Positions 32,708 through 44,681 of a stretch of DNA of 64,000 nucleotides are shown here, piece after piece. Source of the stretch: an uncultured Thermoleophilia bacterium (GTDB lineage: Bacteria > Actinomycetota > Thermoleophilia > Gaiellales > Gaiellaceae). Both the position numbers and the translations under genes were made by a program. The DNA is taken from positions 158,672 to 222,671 of the forward strand of contig CAVQFF010000008.1 of NCBI GenBank assembly GCA_963711785.1, read 5' to 3'. The notes under the pieces are model-generated. The model searched no databases. It saw only the letters and a program-made list of their open reading frames with translations, and had not been told where the DNA came from. The first letter of the stretch is position 1, and every line of letters begins with the position of its first letter.

Positions 32708-33644
32708 CGAGCGAAAGGTAGTCGGGATAGGGGACGGGGTCGGCATAGCGGGCAGCCGACGCGATCATCGCTGCGTTGTCCGTGCACAGCGGCAGCGGCG
32801 CGAGAGCAGCACCCGGCAGTGCTGCTCGCAGCTCCGAGTTCGCTGCAACACCGCCCACGACAGCGATGCGGGCGGCTCCTGTTGCCTCGAGCCGCTCGAC
32901 GAGCGCCCGCACGATCGCGCGCTGGTAGCTCGCGGCAAGGTCGGCCCGTCGCGCCACGAGCTCTGTCGGCGGGAGATCGCGCACGCGATAGAGCAGCGCT
33001 GTCTTGAGCCCGGAGAACGAGAAGTCGAGGCCCGGCACGCGTGCGACCGGAAAGTCGTACGCCGAGGGGTCGCCCTGCGCCGCGAGCGCGTCGATCTCCC
33101 TGCCACCGGGGTACCCGAGCCCGAGCAGCCGAGCGCCCTTGTCGAAGGCCTCACCGGCGGCATCGTCGAGGGTGGTCCCGAGCACGCGGAAACCACCTCG
33201 TTCCTGGACATCGACGAGCATCGTGTGGCCCCCGCTTGCGAGGAGGCAGGTGAAGGGCGGTTGCAGGTCGAGCGGTCTCAGATACAGCGAGGCGACGTGG
33301 CCGTGCAGATGGTTGACAGGGATGAGCGGCAGCCGCCACGCCCATGCGAGCGCCTTGGCAGCGGAGACCCCGACGAGCAGCGCGCCGATCAGGCCGGGTC
33401 GCGCCGTGACGGCGACGGCGTCGATCTCGGCGTCACCGAGCGCCTGCCGGATCACCGGGGCGATCAGCTCGAGATGCCGCCTGCTCGCCACCTCGGGCAC
33501 GACACCTCCGAAGCGTGCATGCAGCTCGTCCTGGGAGGCGACCACGCTGGAGACGATCTCGCCCTCGTCGGTCACGAGCGCCGCGGCGGTCTCATCGCAG
33601 CTGGTCTCGACTCCCAGAATCAAGATTGCTGCGCGTCGCGCCAC
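32688..33644 (-). CDS. tsaD: tRNA N6-adenosine threonylcarbamoyltransferase TsaD
   Basis: ILGVETSCDETAAALV, GGVVPEVASRRH and LASGGHT match TsaD. An alternative start at TTG 33623 (MILGVETSCDET) would give a TTGA overlap with rimI. Confidence 0.9.
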   Translation of the reverse strand: MARRAAILILGVETSCDETAAALVTDEGEIVSSVVASQDELHARFGGVVPEVASRRHLELIAPVIRQALGDAEIDAVAVTARPGLIGALLVGVSAAKALAWAWRLPLIPVNHLHGHVASLYLRPLDLQPPFTCLLASGGHTMLVDVQERGGFRVLGTTLDDAAGEAFDKGARLLGLGYPGGREIDALAAQGDPSAYDFPVARVPGLDFSFSGLKTALLYRVRDLPPTELVARRADLAASYQRAIVRALVERLEATGAARIAVVGGVAANSELRAALPGAALAPLPLCTDNAAMIASAARYADPVPYPDYLSLDAHPTA

Positions 33645-34078
33645 ATGATCAGGGCGTCCTCGCGATTGTCCGTGTAGTAGCCGCGGCGGACACCGCGCGG
33701 TTCGAACCCCAGCTGCTCGTAGAGCCTGATCGCGCCCTCGTTCGAGATCCGCACCTCGAGCGTGTACCCCCGCCGTTCGTCGTCACGGGTCAACGCGAAC
33801 AACCGCTCGAGCAGGGCCGTCGCCACGCCGCGGCGCTGGTGGTCCGGGTCGACTGCGACATTCATCACGTGCCACGCGTCGACGTAGCGCGAGTTGATCA
33901 CGTAGCCGACGAGATCGCTGCCGTCGAACGCACCGAGACAGATCGACGTCGGCTTCGCGAGCTCCGACGCGAACATCGAGCGAGACCACGGTGTCGGATA
34001 CGCACGCTGCTCGATGCTCTCGATGGCGTTCACGTCGGCCAGATCGAGCGGCCGGATCTCGAGCGCGACGGCGGTCAC
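33620..34078 (-). CDS. rimI: Ribosomal-protein-alanine N-acetyltransferase RimI
   Basis: GTG 34078 overlaps the tsaB stop (GTGA). IRPLDLADVNAIESIEQRAYPTPWS and NVAVDPDHQRRGVATALLERL form a GNAT motif A. Confidence 0.85.
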   Translation of the reverse strand: MTAVALEIRPLDLADVNAIESIEQRAYPTPWSRSMFASELAKPTSICLGAFDGSDLVGYVINSRYVDAWHVMNVAVDPDHQRRGVATALLERLFALTRDDERRGYTLEVRISNEGAIRLYEQLGFEPRGVRRGYYTDNREDALIMWRDAQQS

Positions 34079-34624
34079 GCCTGAGCCTTCGTATCGGGAT
34101 CCCGGACGTAGAGCGGCTCGACGAGCTCGGCTGCGCCAAACGCTCCCGCCCGCTCGACGAGCAGGAACGGATCTGGCAAATGGGCCTGGTCGCCGTCCGC
34201 CGGAATCGTCGCACCGCGTTCCTCGAAGAGTTCCCGATAGCGGATTGCACCGTCTCCGACGAGCGTCCGACCGGCGACGTCGAGTTCCTCGGGTTTGCAG
34301 ACGCGCGGCCCGATGGTGAAGACCTCGCCGCGCCGAGCGTCGAGCACCGGCGTCCCAGTGGAGAACGCCTCGAGGGTCGAGGCGCCGGCAACCGGCACGT
34401 CGAGCGCGAGCGCGAGCGTGCGCGCCATCGCGAGGCCGATGCGGATGCTCGTGAAGCTGCCCGGCCCACGACCGACGACGATCCCCTCGATCGCCCCCGG
34501 ATCGTCGACGAGGCCGTCGACAGCGACCAGCAGGTCGCCGGCACGCGCAGCGCGGCCGCGCCGGTGCAGGCGTGACTGCGCAGACGGCCCCGAAGCTCGT
34601 GGCGGTGTCAAAGGCCAAGATCAC
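34075..34624 (-). CDS. tsaB: tRNA threonylcarbamoyladenosine protein TsaB, with the frame broken near the 5' end
   Basis: The conserved N-terminus MILAFDTATSFGAV is in the frame starting at GTG 34624. The rest (GDLLVAVDGLV...IVVGRGPGSFTSIRIGLAMARTLA...) is in the frame of track ORF 34075..34611. The span is 550 nt (3n+1). The switch lies between about 34545 and 34590. Confidence 0.8.
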
Positions 34625-35027
34625 TGTCGATCCTCACGTTCCGATGTGACTCGTCGACGTGCTCGAGCGTAACCACAGCGCGTGCCTCTGGGAGCCAGCG
34701 GCCGCCGTGCTCGGGCCACTCGACGAAGGCGATCGTGCCGTCGAAATAGGGCTCCAGGTCGCCCCACTCCTCCGGATCGAGCCCGTCGACGCGATACAGG
34801 TCGAGATGGGCGACAGGCACGTCTGCCTCGTAACGGTGCCCGATCGTGAACGTCGGGCTGGAAACCGGTTCGGTGACCCCGAGCGCCCGCGCGGCACCCC
34901 GGACGAACGTCGTCTTGCCGGCACCGAGCTCGCCCGAGATCGCGACGATGTCGCCGGCGTCGAGCAGGAGCGCCAACTCGGCGGCGAGGGCCTCGGTGGC
35001 CTCAGGTGAGCTCGTGACCGTCTGCAT
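34608..35027 (-). CDS. tsaE: tRNA threonylcarbamoyladenosine ATPase TsaE
   Basis: ISGELGAGKTTFVRGAARALG is a Walker A motif. SPTFTIGHRY and HLDLYR also match TsaE. Confidence 0.9.
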   Translation of the reverse strand: MQTVTSSPEATEALAAELALLLDAGDIVAISGELGAGKTTFVRGAARALGVTEPVSSPTFTIGHRYEADVPVAHLDLYRVDGLDPEEWGDLEPYFDGTIAFVEWPEHGGRWLPEARAVVTLEHVDESHRNVRIDSDLGL

Positions 35028-35075
35028 CGTTCACACATGGTGTCCGACACCGAGGGGGTGTCGGGCACCTCTCGG

Positions 35076-35795
35076 CTAGAAGAGGCCGAGCTGGGTCGGC
35101 TGTTCGGGCGTCGAAACGGGCAGCACGGCCGGCGCAACCGCCGCCGCCACCGGCTCGGCGACCCGACCGATCAGGGCCGGGATCCGCCCGAAATCCTCTT
35201 CGAGCACCTGAAGCATCCGCGGGGTGTAGAGCGCCGCCGCCGGATGGAAGATCGGATAGAGGGTGACCGGGTTCCCGCCCAGCACCACCTGCTGCTCGCG
35301 GCCGTGGACCTGGGTGATGCCGTTGGGCTTGCCGGAGAGGAGCTTGGTCGCGAAGTTGCCGAGCGTCGCGATCAGCCTCGGCTGGATCAGCTCGATCTGC
35401 TTCCAGAGATGTGGTTCGCAGGACTCGATCTCCGCCGGTTGCGGATCGCGGTTGCCGGGCGGGCGGCATTTCAAGACGTTCGCGACGTAGACATCCTCGC
35501 GCGTCAGCCCGATCCCCTCGAGCAGCTTGTCGAGCAGCTTCCCCGCCGCGCCGACGAACGGAACTCCCTGCTTGTCCTCGTGGAAGCCGGGCGCCTCGCC
35601 CACGAACATCAGGTCGGCCGTCGGTGAGCCCGAGCCGAAGACGACCTGAGTGCGGGTCGCAGCGAGCGCGCAGCGCGTGCAGCCGGCGGCCACGTCGCCG
35701 TAGGCGAGCAGCGAAAGATCAGCCGCAGCTGCCACAGGAACCACCGCAACAGCCGCCGCCGAAACTGGGCTGTCCGGAAGTGCCGTGCGCCGCAA
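35076..35795 (-). CDS. Uracil-DNA glycosylase, family 4
   Basis: [18 protein letters not shown]...[28 protein letters not shown]...[13 protein letters not shown] matches family 4. The TTG start at 35795 overlaps the upstream zinc-ribbon gene by 77 nt. GTG 35735 is a more economical start. Confidence 0.85.
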   Translation of the reverse strand: MRRTALPDSPVSAAAVAVVPVAAAADLSLLAYGDVAAGCTRCALAATRTQVVFGSGSPTADLMFVGEAPGFHEDKQGVPFVGAAGKLLDKLLEGIGLTREDVYVANVLKCRPPGNRDPQPAEIESCEPHLWKQIELIQPRLIATLGNFATKLLSGKPNGITQVHGREQQVVLGGNPVTLYPIFHPAAALYTPRMLQVLEEDFGRIPALIGRVAEPVAAAVAPAVLPVSTPEQPTQLGLF

Positions 35796-35925
35796 ACGAC
35801 ATGCTGAACTGCTTCGCCACCTTGGCGTTCCCGCAGTCCGGGCAGTTCGGATCGGGATCCGACATGCCCACGAGCTCCTCGAAATGGGACTCGCAGCTCA
35901 TGCAGACGTATTCGTAGATTGGCAC
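35719..35925 (-). CDS. FmdB-family zinc-ribbon protein
   Basis: MPIYEYVCMSCESHFEELV...CPDCG shows the CxxC...CxxC arrangement, followed by a Gly/Cys-rich tail. Confidence 0.8.
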   Translation of the reverse strand: MPIYEYVCMSCESHFEELVGMSDPDPNCPDCGNAKVAKQFSMSFAAHGTSGQPSFGGGCCGGSCGSCG

Positions 35926-36001
35926 GTGACAGACCCTAGCAAGGGGCCATCTTCACGCCTCGACCGGACAGACCTGCCGTGCCCCGTCGGGTAGGCTGTC
36001 C

Positions 36002-36685
36002 GTGCCCGGTATCCGCGAGGAACTGGAGCACGACATGTTCAACACCGTCACCGTCATCGGCGCAGGGCGCGCCGGCTCGGCGATCGCTGCGCGACTGCGC
36101 GAGCGAGGGGTCGAGGTGCGCCCCGAAGGGGAACTGCGGTTGCTCTGCGTGCCCGATCGCGCGATCGGCGAGGTCGCCCGTTCGATCGAGCCGGGGCCGT
36201 GGGTGGCGCACGTCTCGGGCGGGACCCCGCTCGCCGCGCTCGAGCCGCACGTCCGCCGCTTCTCTGTGCATCCACTGCAGACCCTCGTGCTCTCGCGCGG
36301 CCCGGAGCAGCTCGATGGCGCCTGGGGCGCGGTGACCGGCGAGGACGACGAGGCGCGGGCGCGGGCGCTCTGGCTTGCAGAACGCCTCGGCCTGCACCCG
36401 TTCGCGCTCGCCGACACGGACCGGGCGATCTACCACGCGGGCGCGGCGATCGCGTCGAACTTCCTCGTCACGCTGTACCGCATCGCGTCCGGGCTCTTCG
36501 AGGCAGCCGGCGCTCCTCCCGAGGCGCTCGTGCCTCTGCTGGAACGCACGATCGAGAACGGGTTCGAGCTGACGGGACCGGTCGCACGCGGGGACTGGGA
36601 GACGGTGGAGCGCCACCGCCTGGCACTCCGTGGATCCGGATTCGAGCAGGCCTACGACGCGCTCGTGGAGGCAACAGCCCGATGA
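36002..36685 (+). CDS. Rossmann-fold / DUF2520-type oxidoreductase upstream of panC
   Basis: TVIGAGRAGSAIAARL is a Rossmann motif. The C-terminal IYHAGAAIASNFLVTL...TGPVARGD matches DUF2520. The likely start is ATG 36035 (MFNTVTVIG). It has a 4-nt overlap with panC. Confidence 0.7.
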   Translation: MPGIREELEHDMFNTVTVIGAGRAGSAIAARLRERGVEVRPEGELRLLCVPDRAIGEVARSIEPGPWVAHVSGGTPLAALEPHVRRFSVHPLQTLVLSRGPEQLDGAWGAVTGEDDEARARALWLAERLGLHPFALADTDRAIYHAGAAIASNFLVTLYRIASGLFEAAGAPPEALVPLLERTIENGFELTGPVARGDWETVERHRLALRGSGFEQAYDALVEATAR

Positions 36686-37449
36686 AGGTCATCCGCACGA
36701 TCGCCGAGCTCGACCTGCCGCGGCACGGAGTGATCGGACTCGTCCCGACGATGGGGGCGTTGCACGCGGGCCACTCGGCGCTCTTCCGGGCGGCGCGGCC
36801 CGAGTGCGACGTGCTGGTCGCCTCGCTGTTCGTCAACCCGTTGCAGTTCTCGGAGAGCACCGACCTCGCCGCATACCCGCGCGATCCGGACGGCGACCAC
36901 GCCCTCGCCGAGTCGGAGGGAATCGACGTGCTCTTCGCCCCCGGTGTGTCCGAGATGTATCCGCCGGGGTTCGCGACCTGGGTCGATCCGGCCGGCGCAG
37001 CAGAGGGGCTCGAGTCGGAGCATCGGCCGCAGCACTTCCGGGGCGTCGCCACGATCTGCCTGAAGCTGCTGAACATCGTTCGGCCGCAGATCGTCTGGTT
37101 CGGACGGAAGGACGCGCAACAGGTTGCCGTCGTCAAACAGCTCGTCCGCGACCTCAACCTGGACGTGGAAGTACGCGTCGTCGAAACGGTTCGCGACCAC
37201 GATGGTCTGGCGCTCTCGTCGCGCAACGAGCTCCTGTCACCAGCGGAGCGCGAGCAGGCGCTGGCTATCCACCGTGCGCTCCTCACCCATGATCGAAGCC
37301 GTGCACGAAACATCCTCGCCGGCGCCGGCCTCGAGCCCGACTACGTCGAGGTCGCAGACTTCGACGGCCCGACCCTGGCGATCGCAACGCGAGTCGGCTC
37401 GGTTCGTTTGATCGACAACCTCCCACTCCCGGAAGGAGAACACTCGTGA
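36682..37449 (+). CDS. panC: Pantoate--beta-alanine ligase
   Basis: GLVPTMGALHAGHSALF, FVNPLQF and WFGRKDAQQ match PanC. Confidence 0.95.
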   Translation: MKVIRTIAELDLPRHGVIGLVPTMGALHAGHSALFRAARPECDVLVASLFVNPLQFSESTDLAAYPRDPDGDHALAESEGIDVLFAPGVSEMYPPGFATWVDPAGAAEGLESEHRPQHFRGVATICLKLLNIVRPQIVWFGRKDAQQVAVVKQLVRDLNLDVEVRVVETVRDHDGLALSSRNELLSPAEREQALAIHRALLTHDRSRARNILAGAGLEPDYVEVADFDGPTLAIATRVGSVRLIDNLPLPEGEHS

Positions 37450-38348
37450 CCACGCGCCCCCGGAAGCCCGCGCCCGGCACTCCGGCCCCTGGGAAGCTCT
37501 CACTGCCCGAGCTCGCGCAGATGAAGCGTCGGGGCGATCGCATCGTGATGATCACCGCCTACGACGCGCCGTCGGGCCGAATCGCCGACGCGGCAGGTGT
37601 CGATCTGATCCTCGTCGGCGACTCTGCCGCAATGGTGATGCTCGGCCACGATTCGACCGTCCCGGCGACGATGGACGAGATGATCATCTTGACGAGCGCG
37701 GTCAACCGCGGCGCGCGGCGCCCGCTCGTCGTCGCGGACCTGCCGTTCGGCTCGTTTCAGGTCTCGGACCAGCAGGCGCTAGAGAACGCGATCCGCTTCG
37801 TCAAAGAAGCGAGCGCCGACGCCGTGAAGCTGGAAGGAGCCGGGCAGTCGCTCTCACGCGTGCGCTCGATCACAGGCGCCGGCGTGCCCGTGATGGGACA
37901 TATCGGCCTGACCCCGCAGACGGCGACCATGCTCGGCGGCTTCAAGGCGCAGGGACGGACCGCCGCCAGGGCGGTGCAGCTCTACGAGGATGCGCTTGCG
38001 CTCCAGGAGGCCGGCTGCTTTGCGATCGTCCTCGAAGCCGTGCCCACACCGGTCGCAGAGGCGATCACGCGCGCGCTCGAGATCCCGACGATCGGCATCG
38101 GAGCGGGCGCCTCGTGCGACGGCCAGGTGCTCGTGTGGCACGACCTGCTCGGGCTCTACGACGGCCACGCACCCCGCTTCGTCAAGCAGTACGCGGAGCT
38201 CGCGCCGATCATCCAAGCGGCCGTTGCCGACTACGCAGGCGAGGTGCGCAGCGGCGCGTTCCCGGCGGAGCAGCACACCTATGCGATCCCCGAGGAGGAG
38301 CTTGCGCTCTTCGAGGACTCGCTGGCGGAGGTTCGCGCAGCGGGTTAG
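37446..38348 (+). CDS. panB: 3-methyl-2-oxobutanoate hydroxymethyltransferase
   Basis: IVMITAYDAPSGRIADAAGVDLILVGDSAAMVMLGH, VVADLPFGSFQ and VMGHIGLTPQ match PanB. The GTG start overlaps the panC stop. Confidence 0.95.
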   Translation: MTTRPRKPAPGTPAPGKLSLPELAQMKRRGDRIVMITAYDAPSGRIADAAGVDLILVGDSAAMVMLGHDSTVPATMDEMIILTSAVNRGARRPLVVADLPFGSFQVSDQQALENAIRFVKEASADAVKLEGAGQSLSRVRSITGAGVPVMGHIGLTPQTATMLGGFKAQGRTAARAVQLYEDALALQEAGCFAIVLEAVPTPVAEAITRALEIPTIGIGAGASCDGQVLVWHDLLGLYDGHAPRFVKQYAELAPIIQAAVADYAGEVRSGAFPAEQHTYAIPEEELALFEDSLAEVRAAG

Positions 38349-38609
38349 CTAGGTCAGGAGCTCGTGATCGAGCGCCCAACGGACGACATCCGCGCGCGAA
38401 TCGGCCCCCAGCTTGTGCATCGCGTTTGCACGATGCATCTCCGCGGTCCTGACGGAGATGTCGAGCCGGTCGGCAATCACCGTGTTGGTGAAGCCGTACG
38501 CAAGAAGCGTTGCGACCTGCCGCTCGCGAGGCGTGAGCGTCGTCGTTGCTGTCGTCGTCATAGGCCTAGATTGCGCCCACCGGCCCGCCCCGGCATCCGG
38601 AGGCTCCAC
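38349..38609 (-). CDS. Small LuxR/GerE-family HTH regulator
   Basis: LTPRERQVATLLAYGFTNTVIADRLDISVRTAEMHRANAMHKLG matches the family. The start may be the internal ATG (MTTTATTT). Confidence 0.75.
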   Translation of the reverse strand: MEPPDAGAGRWAQSRPMTTTATTTLTPRERQVATLLAYGFTNTVIADRLDISVRTAEMHRANAMHKLGADSRADVVRWALDHELLT

Positions 38610-38655
38610 GATCGGAAGCCGTAGTTACTACGGGTTGCACCGGAAACGCCGCGGG

Positions 38656-39264
38656 CTAGACGGAGAAAACGACCGCGAGCATGACGGGCACCACGATCGC
38701 AAGCGAGCAGGCTGCGCCTGCACGCGCCCAGGTCCAGCCGTGCACGGCGCGGACGCCGATCACGAGCAGCGCCGCCGACCAGAGCAGGAACCCGAGCTCC
38801 AGGGCGTCGAAGACCCCGGCGCCGACGCCATGATCGCTGCCGCCGGACCGGAAGAGGGCGTTGCCGTAAAGCACCAGTTTGACGGGCCAGAGAACCAGCG
38901 AGAGCGCAATCGGAGCGGCGGCGAACGCGACCACGTGACGCGACCGGCGGTAGCTGCCCTGTGAGCCGAGCACCTTCGAGCCGCCGTACAGCAGCCCGCC
39001 GATGACGAAGAACCCGAACGCGCCGTAGAGGCTGCCGGCCAGGAAGACCCACACCGCGACGACGAGACCGCCGTACGAACCGTCGTCCAGGAACGTCCCG
39101 GCAGTGTGGGTCGGAAGCAGCGCGGCAATGCCCGCGAGCAGCACGATCGCGAGCACCGGCTCTGAGCGGTCGGAGACGGACTCCTTCGAGTCGTCCCGCA
39201 GAGCGACGAACACCGGACGCGGCCGTTGCAGGACGAGGAGCGCTCGCAGCCACCAGTCGCGCAT
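38656..39264 (-). CDS. Yip1-domain membrane protein
   Basis: The start is taken at ATG 39264 ([12 protein letters not shown]), giving 202 aa and five predicted TM helices. It has a 1-nt overlap with the upstream small ORF. Confidence 0.65.
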   Translation of the reverse strand: MRDWWLRALLVLQRPRPVFVALRDDSKESVSDRSEPVLAIVLLAGIAALLPTHTAGTFLDDGSYGGLVVAVWVFLAGSLYGAFGFFVIGGLLYGGSKVLGSQGSYRRSRHVVAFAAAPIALSLVLWPVKLVLYGNALFRSGGSDHGVGAGVFDALELGFLLWSAALLVIGVRAVHGWTWARAGAACSLAIVVPVMLAVVFSV

Positions 39265-39466
39265 CAGCCCGGAGTAGTCACGACGCGGCCGTCGTGACAG
39301 CGATACTCGACCTGCCCGAGGATGCCGCCGCGCTGGGAGACGGGCGCCTTGCCGTCCGGGCAGATCGTGTGGTGGCGGTTGTTCCAGGCCGCCGCCATCC
39401 CGGCGGCGAACACCACGAGGCAGGTCGCCCCGAGCATGAGCAGCACCGAGCGCTTGCTCCGCCAGT

Positions 39467-39470
<4 letters not shown>
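39264..39470 (-). CDS. Hypothetical membrane-anchored 68-aa protein
   Basis: The GTG start overlaps the uvrA stop (GTGA). It has one TM helix ([22 protein letters not shown]) and a Cys/His-containing tail. Confidence 0.45.
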
Positions 39471-42316
<2,846 letters not shown>

Positions 42317-42325
42317 TGTACCTCG

Positions 42326-42339
42326 CGAACGTGTGTTCG
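42326..42339. promoter_or_regulatory. LexA (Cheo-type SOS) box CGAAC-GTGT-GTTCG upstream of uvrA
   Basis: A perfect CGAACnnnnGTTCG palindrome lies 10-23 nt upstream of the uvrA start, in the uvrA/MFS divergent region. Confidence 0.6.
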
Positions 42340-42390
42340 TATAGGGTGAATTCCGTTTGCGCCGGCCCCGCTTCGGCGTAGATTCGGCCG

Positions 42391-43590
42391 GTGACCGCGG
42401 CAACGCGAAACCGCGACCTGCGCATCGTCGCCGGGGCAATCGCCATCTCCTCGATCGGCGACTGGGTCGCGATGATCGCGCTCTCGCTGCGGGCGAACGA
42501 GCTCTGGCACGGCGCGGGCGTCGCGGTGCTGCTGATCTGCCTCTGGGCACCGCTCGCGGTGCTTGCGGGCCACGTCGGCGTGCTCGTCGACCGCGTGGAG
42601 ACCCGAGCGCTCGCGATCTGGTCGGCGGTCTTTCAGGCGGTGGTCGTCAGCGCCCTCGCCTTCGCGCATTCCCTTGCGGCGATCCTCCCCCTGACGCTCG
42701 TGCTCGGAGCCGGCGTCGCGGTCTCCCAGGCGTCGGAGTTCGCACTCGTCCCGCTCCTTGCCGGGTCGCGGGAGATCGGTCGCGCGAACGGCCTCGTCGA
42801 GTCCGCCCGGTCGGTCGGGTTCATGGTCGGGCCGCTGGTCGGCGGAGCGCTGGCAGCCGGGGCGGGCGTCCAGATCGCGCTCTTCGCCGACTCCGCGACG
42901 TTTCTGGTGATCGCGGCTGCCCTGTTCGCGTTGCCCGTCCGCCGTCGCATCGTTCAGGCGCACGGCAGCGTCAAGCCTCGCGCCCGGGACGGTCTGGAGC
43001 TGCTCCGCGGCGAGCGCGTGCTCGCGATCGTCCTCGGGGCGGGCGCGGTGACGCTCGTGTTCATGTCGGCGTCGATTCCCGGCGACTTCGCCTACGTCGC
43101 ACAGCTCGGACGTCCGGAGGCCGGAATCGGGATCGTCCTGAGCGCCTGGGCGATCGGGATGATCGCAGCCTCGAATGCGATCCCGCATCGAATCCCGGTG
43201 TCGGCAGTCGCCACGGCGACATTGCTCGCAGCGGCGCTCCAGGGCTTCGCGAAGTTCATCGCGCCGTTCTGGACCGTGTTCTGGTTCATGGTCGTCTGGT
43301 GGCTGATCGGCGGGATGGGGCACGGCGTGAAGAACACGGGCTTCCGGACGCTGATCCACCAGCGCGTCCCACCGGAGCAGCACGGGCGCGCGTTCGCAGC
43401 GTTCAACGGTTTGCGCAACACAGCCGAGCTCGTCGCGCTCGCCGCCGGCGGCGCATTGGTGACGACCGTCGGAGCGCGTGGAACATTGTGGATCGCCGGC
43501 GGCGTGTCGGCGCTGGCGGCGCTGGCGGGAGTGGTCGCCCTGGCCCGGCGAGGCGGCGAGGGGGCCGTCGCGGCCGTCGAGCCCTCCTAG
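42391..43590 (+). CDS. MFS transporter
   Basis: 399 aa with about 12 TM helices and an MFS_3-like N-terminus ([24 protein letters not shown]). Confidence 0.8.
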   Translation: MTAATRNRDLRIVAGAIAISSIGDWVAMIALSLRANELWHGAGVAVLLICLWAPLAVLAGHVGVLVDRVETRALAIWSAVFQAVVVSALAFAHSLAAILPLTLVLGAGVAVSQASEFALVPLLAGSREIGRANGLVESARSVGFMVGPLVGGALAAGAGVQIALFADSATFLVIAAALFALPVRRRIVQAHGSVKPRARDGLELLRGERVLAIVLGAGAVTLVFMSASIPGDFAYVAQLGRPEAGIGIVLSAWAIGMIAASNAIPHRIPVSAVATATLLAAALQGFAKFIAPFWTVFWFMVVWWLIGGMGHGVKNTGFRTLIHQRVPPEQHGRAFAAFNGLRNTAELVALAAGGALVTTVGARGTLWIAGGVSALAALAGVVALARRGGEGAVAAVEPS

Positions 43591-43829
43591 GCTTTGCGCC
43601 AGCGGCCGAACAGGAGGCCGCCGAGCGTGAACCCGAGGCCGAACGTGCCGAAGGCGAAGCCGCCGATCGCCACGCCTTTGCGCCATGCGGACAGGCGCTG
43701 CCAGCGGCCGAGCGCCTCGCGCTCCTCGCTCGTCAGCTCCTCACCGCGGCGCTGCTTGCGCAGCGCTCCCCCGGCGCGCAGCCCGAGGTAGAGGTCGTCG
43801 AAGATCTCAGTCGACTGCTCGTCGGCCAT
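43587..43829 (-). CDS. Hypothetical 80-aa protein with a C-terminal Gly-rich TM segment
   Basis: The start is taken at ATG 43829 (MADEQSTEIFDDLYLG...), with a GVAIGGFAFGTFGLGFTLGGLLFG tail. Its stop shares CTAG with the MFS gene stop. Confidence 0.45.
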   Translation of the reverse strand: MADEQSTEIFDDLYLGLRAGGALRKQRRGEELTSEEREALGRWQRLSAWRKGVAIGGFAFGTFGLGFTLGGLLFGRWRKA

Positions 43830-43857
43830 CCCCGTCACTGTATAGCCTGCTTCGGCA

Positions 43858-44676
43858 GTGAATACACGCATCCTGCACGTCTCCGACCTCCATTTCGGGG
43901 CGGGAGACGACCCGGTCCTGGGGCCGGCGCTCGCAGGATTGATCGGGCGTGTGGCCCCGGAGCTCGTGATCGCGAGCGGGGATCTCACCAATCGGGGGCG
44001 TCGCGTCGAGCACGAGCGCGCAGGAGCGTTTCTGCGCGACCTGCGGCTGCCGGTGCTCGCCGTGCCTGGCAACCACGACATCCCGTACACGTTTCCGGCG
44101 CGGTTCAGCAGCCCCTGGCGAGAGTTCGAGCGCCAGTGGGAGACCACCGAGCCCGAGCTGGTCTCGGCGCACGCTCACGTCGTCGGCCTCAACTCGGTCC
44201 GGCCGTGGCGGCACCAGTCCGGAGGCGTGCGCGACGACCAACTGGAGCGGGCGACGGGCAGGCTCCGCCTGGCGGCACCCGGCGCCCTGCGCGTCGTTGC
44301 GCTGCACCACCAGTTGATCGGCGCGCCGTGGCGCTCGAGGAAGAGGCCCGTCGCCCGTCGGGATCATGTGCTGGCGAGGCTGGTCGACTCGGGAGCAGAC
44401 CTGATCGTCGGCGGGCACATCCACCAGGCAACGGTCAGCGAACGCCACGAGTTCGAGGTGATCACGGGTGCCGCGCGGGGCGTCGTGGTGTCGATCGCCC
44501 CCGGCCTCGGGCAGCCGCGGCCGAAACGCCGCGGCGAGGCCTGCGGCTGCATCGTCTACACCGCCGACGATCGCACGCTGGTCGTCGACACCTACATCTG
44601 GCGCGAGGACGACTGGGGGCTCACTGCGACCCGGCGCTTCCCGCGCGGCAGCGATTCCGTGGCGAGCCCCGCCTAG
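43858..44676 (+). CDS. Metallophosphoesterase
   Basis: ILHVSDLHFG, ASGDLTNRG, PGNHD, VALHH and GGHIH are calcineurin-like motifs. Confidence 0.85.
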   Translation: MNTRILHVSDLHFGAGDDPVLGPALAGLIGRVAPELVIASGDLTNRGRRVEHERAGAFLRDLRLPVLAVPGNHDIPYTFPARFSSPWREFERQWETTEPELVSAHAHVVGLNSVRPWRHQSGGVRDDQLERATGRLRLAAPGALRVVALHHQLIGAPWRSRKRPVARRDHVLARLVDSGADLIVGGHIHQATVSERHEFEVITGAARGVVVSIAPGLGQPRPKRRGEACGCIVYTADDRTLVVDTYIWREDDWGLTATRRFPRGSDSVASPA

Positions 44677-44681
44677 CGCCC

